Under the pieces are notes generated by a model. That model was not told the DNA's origin. It saw only the letters and a list, made by a program, of their open reading frames with translations, and did not search any database. The translations under genes and the position numbers were made by a program. Of a stretch of 64,000 nucleotides of DNA, positions 31,170 to 42,100 are shown one piece after another; position 1 is the stretch's first letter; each line of letters begins with the position of its first letter. Origin of the DNA: Candidatus Multivoradales bacterium. Its GTDB lineage: Bacteria > Acidobacteriota > Thermoanaerobaculia > Multivoradales > JAHEKO01. Location of the stretch: contig CBDCVR010000015.1 of assembly GCA_965223155.1 (NCBI GenBank), forward strand, positions 896,001 through 960,000, in the 5' to 3' direction.

Positions 31170-31175
31170 ATTCTA
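31170..31175 (-). promoter_or_regulatory. -10 hexamer TAGAAT 7 nt before the top6A ATG (leaderless-type promoter)
   Basis: Minus strand TAGAAT-CCCGCCC-ATG with no Shine-Dalgarno sequence. Confidence 0.55.
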
Positions 31176-31396
31176 GCCTCGGCCGGCCCCTTCTCACCAA
31201 GGTTCGGCCGCTAGGCCCGCCCGAAACCCCTGCACACCGAAACCGTCTGAGCTTCCTTCATTCCACTCCGTCGGTCTCCTCGACGTCGCTACGGCTACGC
31301 CATTGTCATCCCCGGTCACAAGCCTCGAATCTCTCGCGAGTCGCGACCTCTGGACGCAAACCCCGGGGACGACGTGCGGGCTAGAATCAGGCCGCC

Positions 31397-32686
31397 ATGG
31401 ACTCCTCGGTCGAGCCTTCGGGACCGTCGGCGCGCCCCTCTCAGAGCACGGCGCGCAAGCTCGCGATCCTATGGGCGATGTATTTCGTCCAGGGACTGCC
31501 GTTCGGCTTCCAGGCGACGGCGCTGCCCGTCTACCTGCGCGAAGCGGGCATCTCGCTCACCGCCATCGGCTTTGCCACCGTGCTCTCGCTGCCCTGGATG
31601 CTCAAGGCCTTCTGGGCGCCGCTGGTTGACCGCTACGGTGGCGGCCGCCTGGGCCGGCGCCGTTCCTGGATCTTGCCGCTGGAGCTGGTCCTGGCCGGGC
31701 TCTGCGCCGCAGCCGCCTTTCTCGAACCGACCTCTGGGCTGGGCGCTCTCCTGACACTCGTCTTCCTGATGAACCTGGCGGCGGCGACCATGGACATTGC
31801 CGTCGATGGCCTGGCGGTCGATCTCCTCACCCTGCCCGAGCTGGGCAAGGGCAACATCGCCCAGGTGGTCGGCTACAAGATCGGCATGCTGACCGGCGGC
31901 GGCGTCCTGCTCTGGGCGAGCTCCCGCATCGGCTGGCAGGGCCTCTTCCTGACCATGGCGGTCCTCATCCTGCTCGCCACCGCCATCACCAGCACCTACC
32001 GCGAGCGCCACGTCCGCGACCCCGAAGAGCCGTCCTCGCCGCTCGAGCACCCGACCATCGGCAGCGTGCTGCGGCTCTTGAAGCGGTCCTTGCTCAACCG
32101 CGGAACGGCCTGGCTCATCCTCTTCATCGGTACCTACAAGCTGGGCGAGAACATGGCCGACACGATGTTCAAGCCCTTCCTCGTGGACGCTGGCTACTCG
32201 GGTCAGCAGATCGGCCTCTGGGTCGGCACCTGGGGCATGCTGTTTTCGATCGCCGGCTCGATCGCTGGCGGACTGCTGGCGAGCCGCATCCGCCTGATCC
32301 ACGCGGTCGGCATCACCGCACTCTTCCGCGTCGGCCCGGTCGCCGGCGAGTGGTGGCTGGCGATGGTCGAGCCGACTCCCGAACGCGTCCTTGCCGTGAC
32401 CTGCGCCGAGCACTTCTTCGGCGGCGCTCTGACCACCGCGCTTTTCGCCTACATGATGTCCCGGGTCGACAAGCGCATCGGCGCTAGCCACTACACGCTT
32501 CTGGCTTCGGTCGAGGTCTGGGGCAAGGTCCCGGCCGCCGCGATGTCGGGGGTCATCACGCAGGCCACCTCCTACGCCTTCATCTTTGGTCTGGCCACGA
32601 TCCTGTCGCTGGCCTTCTTGAGCCTGCTGGTACCGGTCAAGCGCCATGAGGGCGACCCGGTGCCGGGCTCGACCCCGGATCCGTGA
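31397..32686 (+). CDS. MFS transporter, AmpG/RhtX-FptX family
   Basis: [52 protein letters not shown]. Confidence 0.88.
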   Translation: MDSSVEPSGPSARPSQSTARKLAILWAMYFVQGLPFGFQATALPVYLREAGISLTAIGFATVLSLPWMLKAFWAPLVDRYGGGRLGRRRSWILPLELVLAGLCAAAAFLEPTSGLGALLTLVFLMNLAAATMDIAVDGLAVDLLTLPELGKGNIAQVVGYKIGMLTGGGVLLWASSRIGWQGLFLTMAVLILLATAITSTYRERHVRDPEEPSSPLEHPTIGSVLRLLKRSLLNRGTAWLILFIGTYKLGENMADTMFKPFLVDAGYSGQQIGLWVGTWGMLFSIAGSIAGGLLASRIRLIHAVGITALFRVGPVAGEWWLAMVEPTPERVLAVTCAEHFFGGALTTALFAYMMSRVDKRIGASHYTLLASVEVWGKVPAAAMSGVITQATSYAFIFGLATILSLAFLSLLVPVKRHEGDPVPGSTPDP

Positions 32687-34053
32687 CGCCCCGGCCGCTC
32701 GCCATTGTCGCCGGGGCCGGCATCTTCGGGGTGACCGCGGCCCTCGAGCTCGACCGGCGGGGCTGGGCGGTGACTCTCATCGATCCGGGCCCGATCCCGC
32801 ATCCGCTGGCGGCTTCGACCGACATCTCCAAGGTCTGCCGCATGGAGTACGGTCCCGACGAGCTCTACACGGAGCTCATGGAGCGGGCTCGTGATGGCTG
32901 GCTCGACTGGAACCGGCGCTGGCGCCGCGACGGCCGCGATGCTCTCTACCACGAGACCGGCGTGCTCATGGTCTGCCTCGATCCGATGGCGCCGGACGGC
33001 TTCGAGTACGAGAGCTTCCGCGCGCTCGAGCGCCGAGGGCACGCTCCGGAGCGTCTCGGCGGCCCGAGTCTGGTCGAGCGCTTCCCCGCGTGGTCCGAAG
33101 CCTTCGTCGACGGCTTCTTTCATGCCGTCGGCGGCTGGGTCGAAAGCGGCCGGGTCGTGGCGCGCCTCGCCGCCGAAGCCCGGCACCGGGGCATCGCATT
33201 CGCCGAAGGCCAGCGGGTGGTCGGGGTCGAGCCCGCCCGTGGCGGCGGAGCGAAGCTCCGGGTGACTCTCGGTCCTGGCTCGCCCAGCCCCGGTTCGATC
33301 GTCCGCGGTTCGATCGTCGATGGCTCGTCCGCTCGTGGTTCGACCGGCACCAGCGCCGACGACCCGACTCCGATCTGTCTCGAAGCCAACGCCGTCGTCC
33401 TGGCCGGCGGCTCGTGGGTGGGTGGCGTCCTTCCCGAGCTCGCCGGCTCCCTGGTCCAGACCTACCATCCGGTCTGGCACCTGCGGCCGCGTGACCCTGA
33501 AGCCTTCCGGGCCGACCGGTTCCCGGTCTTTACCGCCGACGTGGCGCGCACGGGCTTCTACGGCTTTCCGCTCCATCCACGCGAAGGCGTCGTCAAGATG
33601 GGCCATCACGGTACCGGGGTCAAGCCCGTGCCGGAGGAGTCCAACCTCGGCGGCAATCCCGCTGTCTCGCCAATGCCTCCGTCAACGTCTCCGCCAGCGT
33701 CGCTGACGGTACCGGCCGAGATCACCGAGCGGCTTTTCGCCTTTCTGGCCGAGAACTTTCCCTCCCTCGCCAACGCCGAGCTGGTCGGCACCCGCCTGTG
33801 CCCGTACTGCGACACCCCCGATGAGGACTTCTGGATCGCGCGGCACCCCGAGCTCCCGGCGCTTACCGTCGCTTCCGGCGGCAGCGGCCATGCCTTCAAG
33901 TTCGCTCCCGTCCTGGGCACTCTCGTCGCCGACGTGGTCGAGGGAACGTTCGGACCAGATTCGGGGCGAGTCTCCGAGCGCTTCCGCTGGCGACCGGACC
34001 TCAGGCTCGAGCGCGGCCGCGAAGCCGCTCGCTGTCACGAGACGAGCTGGTGA
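32683..34053 (+). CDS. FAD-dependent oxidoreductase (sarcosine/fructosyl-amino-acid oxidase family)
   Basis: GAGIFG Rossmann motif, AASTDISK, FYGFP, CPYCDTPDEDF, GGSGHAFKFAP; GTGA coupling to the MFS gene. Confidence 0.88.
   Translation: MTPRPLAIVAGAGIFGVTAALELDRRGWAVTLIDPGPIPHPLAASTDISKVCRMEYGPDELYTELMERARDGWLDWNRRWRRDGRDALYHETGVLMVCLDPMAPDGFEYESFRALERRGHAPERLGGPSLVERFPAWSEAFVDGFFHAVGGWVESGRVVARLAAEARHRGIAFAEGQRVVGVEPARGGGAKLRVTLGPGSPSPGSIVRGSIVDGSSARGSTGTSADDPTPICLEANAVVLAGGSWVGGVLPELAGSLVQTYHPVWHLRPRDPEAFRADRFPVFTADVARTGFYGFPLHPREGVVKMGHHGTGVKPVPEESNLGGNPAVSPMPPSTSPPASLTVPAEITERLFAFLAENFPSLANAELVGTRLCPYCDTPDEDFWIARHPELPALTVASGGSGHAFKFAPVLGTLVADVVEGTFGPDSGRVSERFRWRPDLRLERGREAARCHETSW
33289..33348 (+). 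repeat. Degenerate 15-bp x4 tandem repeat (xGSIV-like) in an oxidase loop
   Basis: CCCGGTTCGATCGTC CGCGGTTCGATCGTC GATGGCTCGTCCGCT CGTGGTTCGACCGGC. Confidence 0.7.
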
Positions 34054-34204
34054 CGCGGAAATATCGAGGGATCGAATCGGAAATGACTCGGAAATGAACT
34101 GCCCTCTTAGGTTCGGGCAAATAACGAAATAGACCCAGTTTCTTTGCGCTGTTGCTCCTATCCTGCGTGATACAAGTCGGAAATGAACATGATATCGTCG
34201 GCGC

Positions 34205-35383
34205 ATGATCCCCTATCGGAAGCCCGATTCCTGGATCCGATACGACGCCAGCGCGGTGCTTGCTCCACTAGCAGCCGCCAAGGCGGCAGTGCTTTCGCTG
34301 ACGACAATCCCCTACCAGAGAAGCTGGGCCGAGGAGCTGCAACACCTTCAGCTCAAGAGAGAGGTGGCTGGCACCTCCAGGATCGAAGGCGCCGACTTCA
34401 CCGAGCGCGAGCTCGACATCGCCCTCGGAGAATCTGCGGGCGAGCTCGCCACGCGCTCCCAGAGGCAGGCCGCGGCGGCGGTCAAGACCTACCGCTGGAT
34501 CGCAACGTTGCCGACCGACCGGCCGGTCGACGAGCGCCTGATTCGCGAGATTCATAAGTTGATCGTCCGGGACGCAGACGACGATCATTGCCCTCCGGGT
34601 GAGCTCAGAGGCCCTGACCAGAACGTCACCTTCGGTTCTCCGCGACATCGTGGCGTCGAGGGCGGAGACTCCTGCCGGGAGGCTTTCTCCGAACTCTGCT
34701 CGGCGATCGGGCAAGAGTTCCGAGAGCACGACCCTCTCGTTCAGGCTCTTGCCCTCCACTATCACCTGGCGGCAATGCATCCGTTTCTGGATGGCAACGG
34801 CCGCACCGCCCGTGCCGCGGAGACGCTGCTCCTTCAGCGCACGGGTCTCAAAGACACTTTGTTCATTGCGATGTCCAACTACTACTATGAGGAAAAGACC
34901 GCGTATCTAGAAGCCCTTGCCCGGGTCCGCTCGAGCCAGGGAGATCTGACGGAGTTCCTGAGATTCGGCCTGCGGGGCATCGGGTTCCAATCCCAGCGCC
35001 TGTTTCAAGACATTCGAGTCCATGTCTCGAAGGCTCTCTTCAAGGTCACGATGTACGACCTCTTCGACCGGCTCCAGTCACCCAGAAAGCGCGTCCTGGC
35101 CGAACGCCAAGTTCAGATTCTGAAGCTCCTGCTCAAGAAGGACCGCAAGTGGTCGGAGGTCTACGATCGGACTCGCGAGCACTACACGTCTCTGAAGAAT
35201 CCCACCCGAGCACTCGACCGCGATCTCAGCAGCCTCCTCCATCTCAGAGCGATCGAGCTCTCGGGCGAAGAAACCGACCCTGTGTTCTCGATCCGCTTGG
35301 ACTGGCCAGGTGAGATCAGCGAGACCGAATTCTTCGCCCGGGTCAAGGAGCTGCCGCGGGCCAAGACCCATCGCTTCCTGTAA
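34205..35383 (+). CDS. Fic family protein with N-terminal inhibitory motif and C-terminal helical/wHTH-like domain
   Basis: Canonical HPFLDGNGRTAR; TSRIEG matches (S/T)xxxE(G/N); TGnTATCGT 6 nt before ATG. Confidence 0.92.
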   Translation: MIPYRKPDSWIRYDASAVLAPLAAAKAAVLSLTTIPYQRSWAEELQHLQLKREVAGTSRIEGADFTERELDIALGESAGELATRSQRQAAAAVKTYRWIATLPTDRPVDERLIREIHKLIVRDADDDHCPPGELRGPDQNVTFGSPRHRGVEGGDSCREAFSELCSAIGQEFREHDPLVQALALHYHLAAMHPFLDGNGRTARAAETLLLQRTGLKDTLFIAMSNYYYEEKTAYLEALARVRSSQGDLTEFLRFGLRGIGFQSQRLFQDIRVHVSKALFKVTMYDLFDRLQSPRKRVLAERQVQILKLLLKKDRKWSEVYDRTREHYTSLKNPTRALDRDLSSLLHLRAIELSGEETDPVFSIRLDWPGEISETEFFARVKELPRAKTHRFL

Positions 35384-35419
35384 TCCCGGTCGCTCATTTC
35401 GGGCTGACTGACAACCCAC

Positions 35420-37021
35420 CTACATCTTGCGGCTGCGCCGCAGGGTGTCGGTCAGGGTGGCTACGACCTTGGTTTCCTCGGGCTCGGACAGGTCCAGGAT
35501 CTCCTGGAGGGCGATGCCGATGTGCGGGATGTATTTTTCGATGTACTGCTGCTTGCGCTCGGCGTCCCGGGCGCGCGCGGCGCGCTTCAGAAAGACGCCC
35601 AACCGGCGGCCCACGTGCTGGAGCGCGAGCTTGGTCTCCTTGACGATTTCGTCGTAGGCGGCCACCGCCTCCTTCGACTCCGAGGTAAACGGCACCCAGA
35701 CGCTGGCGATGTGGACCATGAGAACCAGCGGACCGGTGGGCAGCGCGCCGCGGGCCTTCTGCAGCCCATAGCTCCTCCAGTTGGTGCCCAGAACGCTCTT
35801 CGACAGCGCGCAGGCGCCCGCCTGATAGAGGAGCGGCACCCGGTTGGCAAAGCGGTAGACGGCGGCCAGATCCTCGGCTCCGAGCTCGCCGCCGTAGGCC
35901 AGGCCGACTTCGACTTGAAAGGGGTTGCCCCGGTAGACCGAGGGCGAGCGCGTCACCGCGTCGTAGTAATCGGCCTCGACCTGCTCGTTCAGACTCGCCA
36001 GGATGCGCTCCTCGCCGATTGGCGAAAGGCAATCGGTGGGCGGAGCCGGAATCCGGGTCTCGCGAATCACCGCCAGGAGCTTCTCGGCCCGCTCGGGCGA
36101 GACTCGCCGGGGCGAGGTGCGCGAGGTCAGTCCTGAACCCTCGGCAATCCGCCGGGCGAGCGTCGGGCCGACCCGGCTGAACTCGGTCTGGAAAAACGAC
36201 TTCAAGGTGGTCGCGCGGGTGTCCTTGAGCATCCGCAGGAGCAAGCCGATCTCGACTCCGTAGGGATGGGGTTGAATCTCGAGGGCTTCCTTGGGCAGGT
36301 CTCGATTCGCCCGCTTGAAGACGACCGGCTCGGCGTCTTCGTCGGCCCCCGGCGCCCGGAAGGCGATCTCGACGTGGGGGTTGGCGAGAGCCGTCTGGCG
36401 CAGATAGGTCTCGACCCCGTGCTTGCCGCCGCGATAGGTACCTTCGAGCTCGATCGTCACCCGGGTGCCGTGCGCCGCCTCCCAGCTCACCGTCGTGTCC
36501 TTCTTCACCACCGGCTCGTTCTTCTTGGTATCGATCACCAGCTCGTAGCGATGCGCGGGGCGGCGCTTCGAGGTGCGGCTTTCGATCACCACCGGCTTGC
36601 CGGTCGTCAACTGCCCGTACATGCCGGCGGCCGAGATGCCGATGCCTTGCTGGCCCCGGCTCTGGCGCAAACGATGAAACTTCGAGCCGTAGAGGAGCTT
36701 GCCGAAGATACGCGGGATCTGGTTCTTCAAGATTCCCGGGCCGTTGTCGGTGACCGTGACCCGGTAGCGGTTGTCGGTCCCCTCGACGGCCGCGATTCCG
36801 ACCTCGATCGTGGGCAGGATGCCGGCTTCTTCGCACGCATCGAGCGAGTTGTCGACCGCCTCCTTGATCGTGGTCAGAAGCGCCTTGGTCGGACTGTCGA
36901 AACCCAGCAGGTGACGGTTCTTGGTGAAAAACTCCGAGACCGAGATCTCGCGCTGAGCCGCGGCCATGGACCTGGCCGTGGCTCGCCGTGGCCGGGCCGG
37001 CTTGGAGGTTCGTTTCGCCAT
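35420..37021 (-). CDS. top6B: DNA topoisomerase VI subunit B
   Basis: ISVSEFFTKNRHLLGF, KEAVDNSLDACEE, DNGPGI, LYGSKF, SRGQQGIGIS (GHKL), PHPYGV, RFANRVPLLY, VPFTSESKEA. Confidence 0.95.
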   Translation of the reverse strand: MAKRTSKPARPRRATARSMAAAQREISVSEFFTKNRHLLGFDSPTKALLTTIKEAVDNSLDACEEAGILPTIEVGIAAVEGTDNRYRVTVTDNGPGILKNQIPRIFGKLLYGSKFHRLRQSRGQQGIGISAAGMYGQLTTGKPVVIESRTSKRRPAHRYELVIDTKKNEPVVKKDTTVSWEAAHGTRVTIELEGTYRGGKHGVETYLRQTALANPHVEIAFRAPGADEDAEPVVFKRANRDLPKEALEIQPHPYGVEIGLLLRMLKDTRATTLKSFFQTEFSRVGPTLARRIAEGSGLTSRTSPRRVSPERAEKLLAVIRETRIPAPPTDCLSPIGEERILASLNEQVEADYYDAVTRSPSVYRGNPFQVEVGLAYGGELGAEDLAAVYRFANRVPLLYQAGACALSKSVLGTNWRSYGLQKARGALPTGPLVLMVHIASVWVPFTSESKEAVAAYDEIVKETKLALQHVGRRLGVFLKRAARARDAERKQQYIEKYIPHIGIALQEILDLSEPEETKVVATLTDTLRRSRKM

Positions 37022-37164
37022 TCGTGGATGCCCGCCCGGGACGTCCCGTGCTCAGGCGGCGCCGATGATATCGTCGCGCCACTTTTGCTGAACGCCGTCG
37101 TCCCGAGCCCGGCCCGTCCGGGTCTTCGGAGCTGGCAACCCCGGGACTTCCAGGAGACCGTGCC

Positions 37165-38490
37165 ATGAACCTCAATCGCCTTGCCGTTCGCCCCTGTTTC
37201 CGATTCTCCACGGTAGCGCTTCTCACCTGCCTGGCCCTTGCGCTCGCGGCGCCCGCGCCAGCGGCCACCTTGATCCATGCCGGCCACCTCATCGACGGCG
37301 TCTCGGGCGAGCGGCACGCCGAGCGCACGATCGTGATTGAAGGCACGACCATCACCGCCGTCGAGGAAGGCTTCCGCGCGCCTGGAGACGGCGACACGGT
37401 GATCGATCTCTCGGCCGCGACCGTCCTCCCGGGCTTGATGGACATGCACGTGCACTTGACCGGCGAGCTCAACCCGAAGAACTACCTCGACCGCGTGCAG
37501 CTCAACACCGCGGCCTTCGCGATCAAGTCGGTCGAGTACGCCCGGCGCACGCTCATGGCCGGCTTCACCACCGTGCGCAATCCCGGAGACGACGGCACGA
37601 TCACGGTGGCGCTGCGCGAAGAGATCGCCAAGGGGCTGATCCCGGGGCCGCGGATCTTTACCGCTGGCAAGAGCCTGGCGACGACCGGTGGCCACGCCGA
37701 TCCGACCAATGGCCTCCGCGCCGATCTCACCCGGGACGCCGGTCCCGAAGACGGCGTCGTCAACGGTCCCGAAGACGCGGCCAAGGCCGTGCGCCACCGC
37801 TACAAGGAAGGCGCCGATTTCATCAAGATCACCGCCACCGGTGGCGTTCTCTCGGTCGCCAAGAGCGGCCAGAACCCGCAGTTCTCGGAGGCCGAGCTCG
37901 TCGCCATCGTCGAGACCGCCAACGACTACGGCTTCCACGTCGCCGCCCACGCGCACGGCGCCGAGGGCATGAAGCGGGCGGTGCGCGCCGGGGTCCGGTC
38001 GATCGAGCACGGCACCCTCATGGACGAGGAGACCATGGCGCTCATGAAGCGGCATGGCACCTACTACGTGCCCACCATCCTTGCCGGCAACTTCGTGGCC
38101 GAGAAAGCCGCGATCGACGGCTACTTTCCGGACCTCGTGCGGCCCAAGGCCGCCGCCATCGGCCCCAAGATCAAAGAGACCTTCGCCAAGGCCTACAAGG
38201 CCGGCGTCAAGATCGCCTTCGGCACCGACTGCGGGGTGTCGCCGCACGGCGGCAACGCCGAAGAGTTCGTCCACATGGTGGACGCCGGCATGCCGCCGAT
38301 GGAAGCCATCCGCTCGGCCACCGTCACCACCGCCGAGCTCCTCGGCATCCAGAGCCAGGCCGGCTCGATCGAAGCCGGCAAGCTGGCCGACCTGATCGCG
38401 GTCAACGGCAATCCCCTGGACGACATCGCCCTCCTCCAGGACGTGACCTTCGTCATGAAGCACGGATCCGTCTACAAGGACGTACGCTGA
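37165..38490 (+). CDS. Secreted amidohydrolase (Xaa-Pro dipeptidase-like)
   Basis: Signal peptide; [52 protein letters not shown]. Confidence 0.9.
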   Translation: MNLNRLAVRPCFRFSTVALLTCLALALAAPAPAATLIHAGHLIDGVSGERHAERTIVIEGTTITAVEEGFRAPGDGDTVIDLSAATVLPGLMDMHVHLTGELNPKNYLDRVQLNTAAFAIKSVEYARRTLMAGFTTVRNPGDDGTITVALREEIAKGLIPGPRIFTAGKSLATTGGHADPTNGLRADLTRDAGPEDGVVNGPEDAAKAVRHRYKEGADFIKITATGGVLSVAKSGQNPQFSEAELVAIVETANDYGFHVAAHAHGAEGMKRAVRAGVRSIEHGTLMDEETMALMKRHGTYYVPTILAGNFVAEKAAIDGYFPDLVRPKAAAIGPKIKETFAKAYKAGVKIAFGTDCGVSPHGGNAEEFVHMVDAGMPPMEAIRSATVTTAELLGIQSQAGSIEAGKLADLIAVNGNPLDDIALLQDVTFVMKHGSVYKDVR

Positions 38491-38552
38491 CGGCGGCGGT
38501 AAGCGAGCTCCGAGCCTGAGCTCAGCCGACGCGAAGCCCGCACCGGCGGGCG

Positions 38553-39046
38553 ATGCGGAGACGCCCTGGTACCACGACGGCCTGCGCTTTTCCTGCCAGG
38601 GCTGTGGCCACTGCTGCACCGTCGAGGGCTACGTCTGGATCGACCGAACGGAGATCAAGCGCCTGGCGAAGCACTTGGGCCTCTCCATCGACGAGTTCGG
38701 CAGGGGCTATCTGCGCCGAGTGGGCCGCCGCTACAGCCTGATCGACAAGCCGAACCCGGCGCTGCCCGGTTCCCGTCCCTGCATCTTCTGGGACGAAGAG
38801 GGCAAGGGCTGCTCAGTCTACGAGCTCCGGCCGAAACAGTGCCGGACCTACCCGTTCTGGAAAGAGATCCTGGCGAGCGAAGACGCCTGGCGGAAAGAGG
38901 CCGACGCTTGCGGCGGCATCGAGCCCGGCGGGGACCGGGGTCGTCTCTACGACCGGGCGGAGATCGAAGAGCTCAAGACGTACCTGCGGGAAACCGAGGC
39001 CGGCTCCGGGAGCCCTTGCTGCGACTCCCGCGGGGCAGCTCCCTAG
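38553..39046 (+). CDS. YkgJ family cysteine-cluster (Fe-S/Zn) protein
   Basis: The reading frame extends upstream of track ORF 38675: PWYHDGLRFSCQGCGHCC...CIFW...CSVYELRPKQCRTYPFW...CGGI. Start is either CTG 38516 or ATG 38553 with one C missing at 38564-38566. Confidence 0.85.
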
Positions 39047-39161
39047 TCGGCCCGCTCGCGCCGAAGCCGGCTGGCGGTGCTCCACTTTCCGCACGGCACA
39101 CGAACGACCAGGTGCCTACCCGCTGGGGATCGAGCACGAACGCAGCTCTGTCGGGGCGGGC

Positions 39162-42100
39162 CTAGTCGTCCGGCTCGCAGCCGTCATCGCTGTCATCGCC
39201 GTCGTCGCTGTCGTCACTGTCGTCACCGGAGCAGCCCAGGTCGTCGTCGTCCAGGATCAGCCCCAGCGCCTGATGCGGCTCCACGATCACGCCGCCCGTC
39301 GAGGTCCCGATGCCCAGGAAGAAGGCCTCGTCGGCCTCCGTCAACGTGTCGCCAAGAACCGGCACCGAGATAACGGCGGACGTTTCCCCCGGCGCGAAAG
39401 CCAGGGTGCCAGAGGTCGCGACGTAGTCGATACCGGCGATTGCGGTGGCATCGGTAGTCGCAAAGGTAACGTCAATCTCCTGGGGCAGCGCACACGACAG
39501 GTTCACGCCGAAGGCGGCAGCGGTCGTACCGCTGTCTCCTTCGACGACTTCCGCGCCGGAAATCGACAGCACCGGCGTACGCAACGAGTGCAGGGACAGG
39601 TCATCAAAGTAGCCGTCCGCGGTCTGGCCGGAGCTCAGGCGACTGGTCACGAGACGAATTCGGATCCACCGGGTGCCCGAAGGCGCTGAACGCAAATCGC
39701 TCAGGTAGCTCCAGGCTAGGGGGCTCACCATCTCTCCCGTGTCGTAACTGTCGAGGACAACGGTGTTGGACGCGTCGCGATACTCGACGACTACCCGAGC
39801 GGTATCGGCGGGGAACTCGTCAAAGGTGTGCACCAACCCTTCGAACAAGAAGGCCTGGCCGCCGCCGTCGATCTCGGCAGCATAGGCCGAGACATCGACG
39901 TCTTGCCGCAGCTCCGCAAAGTCGGCCTGACCCGCGAAGAAATAGGCGGACCCTTCGCCCGGAGGTGGATCGGCGAAACGCTGCTGCCAATCGACACCGG
40001 CCGCTTCGGTCCAGCCTGGGATCTCGGTGATTACGAAATCCTCCGCTCCGGGGTTCTCGATCAAGTTCGGACCCTGGCACAGCTCGTCGTCCAGGATCGC
40101 AACGTCCGCGGACGGATCGGCCAGCTCGCCGCTCGACGGGTTGCTCAACACCACCGCGAAGAGCTCATCGCTTTCGAAGATCAAGTCGCCGATCACCGAC
40201 AGCGAAACCGTGGCCGAGGTCGAGCCGGCGGCGATCGTGACCGTCCCCGAGTCGGCAACATAGTCGCTGCCCGCAACCGCGTCGCCGTCGACCGTTCCGT
40301 ACTGGACGGTGATCGGCACCCCAACCGCCCGATCCAGTTCCACCGCTACGTTGACGGTTGTCAGACCGCTGTCCCCTTCTTCTATCGACGTGTCGCGGAT
40401 CGAGATCTGAACCGGATCCAGGTCGTCGTCCAGGATCGTGACGACACCGGTGGCGTCCGCCAACGTCGCGTTCACCGCTCCAGCGAGCTGCACGACAAAG
40501 GTCTCATCCGGCTCGGGCGCACCATCATCGACAATCGCGACGGCGATCTCGCCTTCCACCTGGCCCGCCGCGATCGTCAACGACCCACTCACGGCCAGGT
40601 AGTCCGCGGCCGCCTCTGCCGAGCCATCCGCGGACGAGTAGTTCACTGAGACCTCGAGGCTCGAGGCCGAAGACAGGCTTGCGGTCAGGATCGCCGTCCC
40701 ACCGGCCTCGTCGATCGAAACGTCGTCGATGGTGAGAACGGGCGCTGCATCGTCGTCAAAGATCGTGCCCACCGCGGAGCCGTCTGAGAGAACGGCATTG
40801 ATCGGACTGGCCAGACTTGCGAGGAAGGTCTCCGTGCTCTCATCCAGGGTGTCACCGAGCACGCTGACGACGATCGTGCCCTCGGTAGCCCCTGCGGGAA
40901 TGGTGATCGTCCCGGCCGCCGCCAGGTAGTCGATGCCCGCAAGGGCTGCGCCCGCTCCCGCGCCGTCCGACGTGGCAAATGAGACCGTGACATCCAAGCC
41001 GCTTGCCGAAGAAAGTGAAACCGTGAAGATCATCTCCACGGTGCCGGCATCCCCCTCGGTCACCATGGCGTCGGCAATCGAGATCGAGGGCGCCAGGTCG
41101 TCGTCGAGAATCGTCACCACGCCGGCCAGATCGGACTCCTGCGCGTTGACGAGACCCGACAGTTCCACCGAAAGGGTCTCGTCGGTCTCGTCGAGGACGT
41201 CACCCAGAACCGGCACGGCGATCTCGGCGGAGAGCTCTCCGGCGGGAATCACGAGGCTGCCGGCGACCGCCGTGTAGTCCGCACCGGCGGTCGCCGTCCC
41301 GTCGGTGGTCAAAAATGCGGCTTCCACATCCAGGCCACTGGCCGTGCTCAGCGTCACGGCAACGAGGGCCGTCGAGGTTCCCGAATCGCCCTCGACCACC
41401 GAAACGTCCGCGATCGCAAGAAGCGGAGGGTCGTCGTCATCCACGATGGAGCCAATGCCTTGGGCATCACCCAGAATGGCGTTCTGGACGCTCAGAAGAT
41501 CGACGACGAACATCTCGTCCGTCTCGTCGAGCAGATCCCCGAGAATCGGCACCTCGATCGATCCGTCCATCGAGCCCGCCGCGATCACCACGGCACCGGA
41601 AGTCGCTTCGTAATCCGCGCCCGCGGTCGCTCCGCCGATCCCGATGCCGTCGGCCGTCGCGAACTGAACCGTGACGTCCTGACCGCTCGGCTCCGAGAGG
41701 ACGAGGGCGAAGGTGGCTAGGGTGGCCCCCGCATCGCCTTCAATCACCGAGACATCGCTCAGAGACACGATCGGCGCCGCGTCGTCATCCAGGATCGTGC
41801 CGGGTACTTGCGCCCGATCGAGCACCCCGCCGACGGCATTCGAAAGCTCGAGAACTACGGTCTCGTCCGCTTCGTCCAGTGCGTCGTCGATCCCGATGAC
41901 GACGATCTGGGCCGTGGTCTCGCCTGGAGCGAAGGTCACCGTCCCGCTCTGCGGCTGGTAGTCGGCCCCGGCCGTGGCGCTGCCGTCCGCGGTCGTAAAG
42001 TCGAAGGCGACCGTCCGGTTCGGCGCCTCGGAAAGGCTGATCGAGAAGACCAGTCCCGTGGAAGAGGACTGCGCTTCGAGCTCCGAAGGCTCGCTTACGG

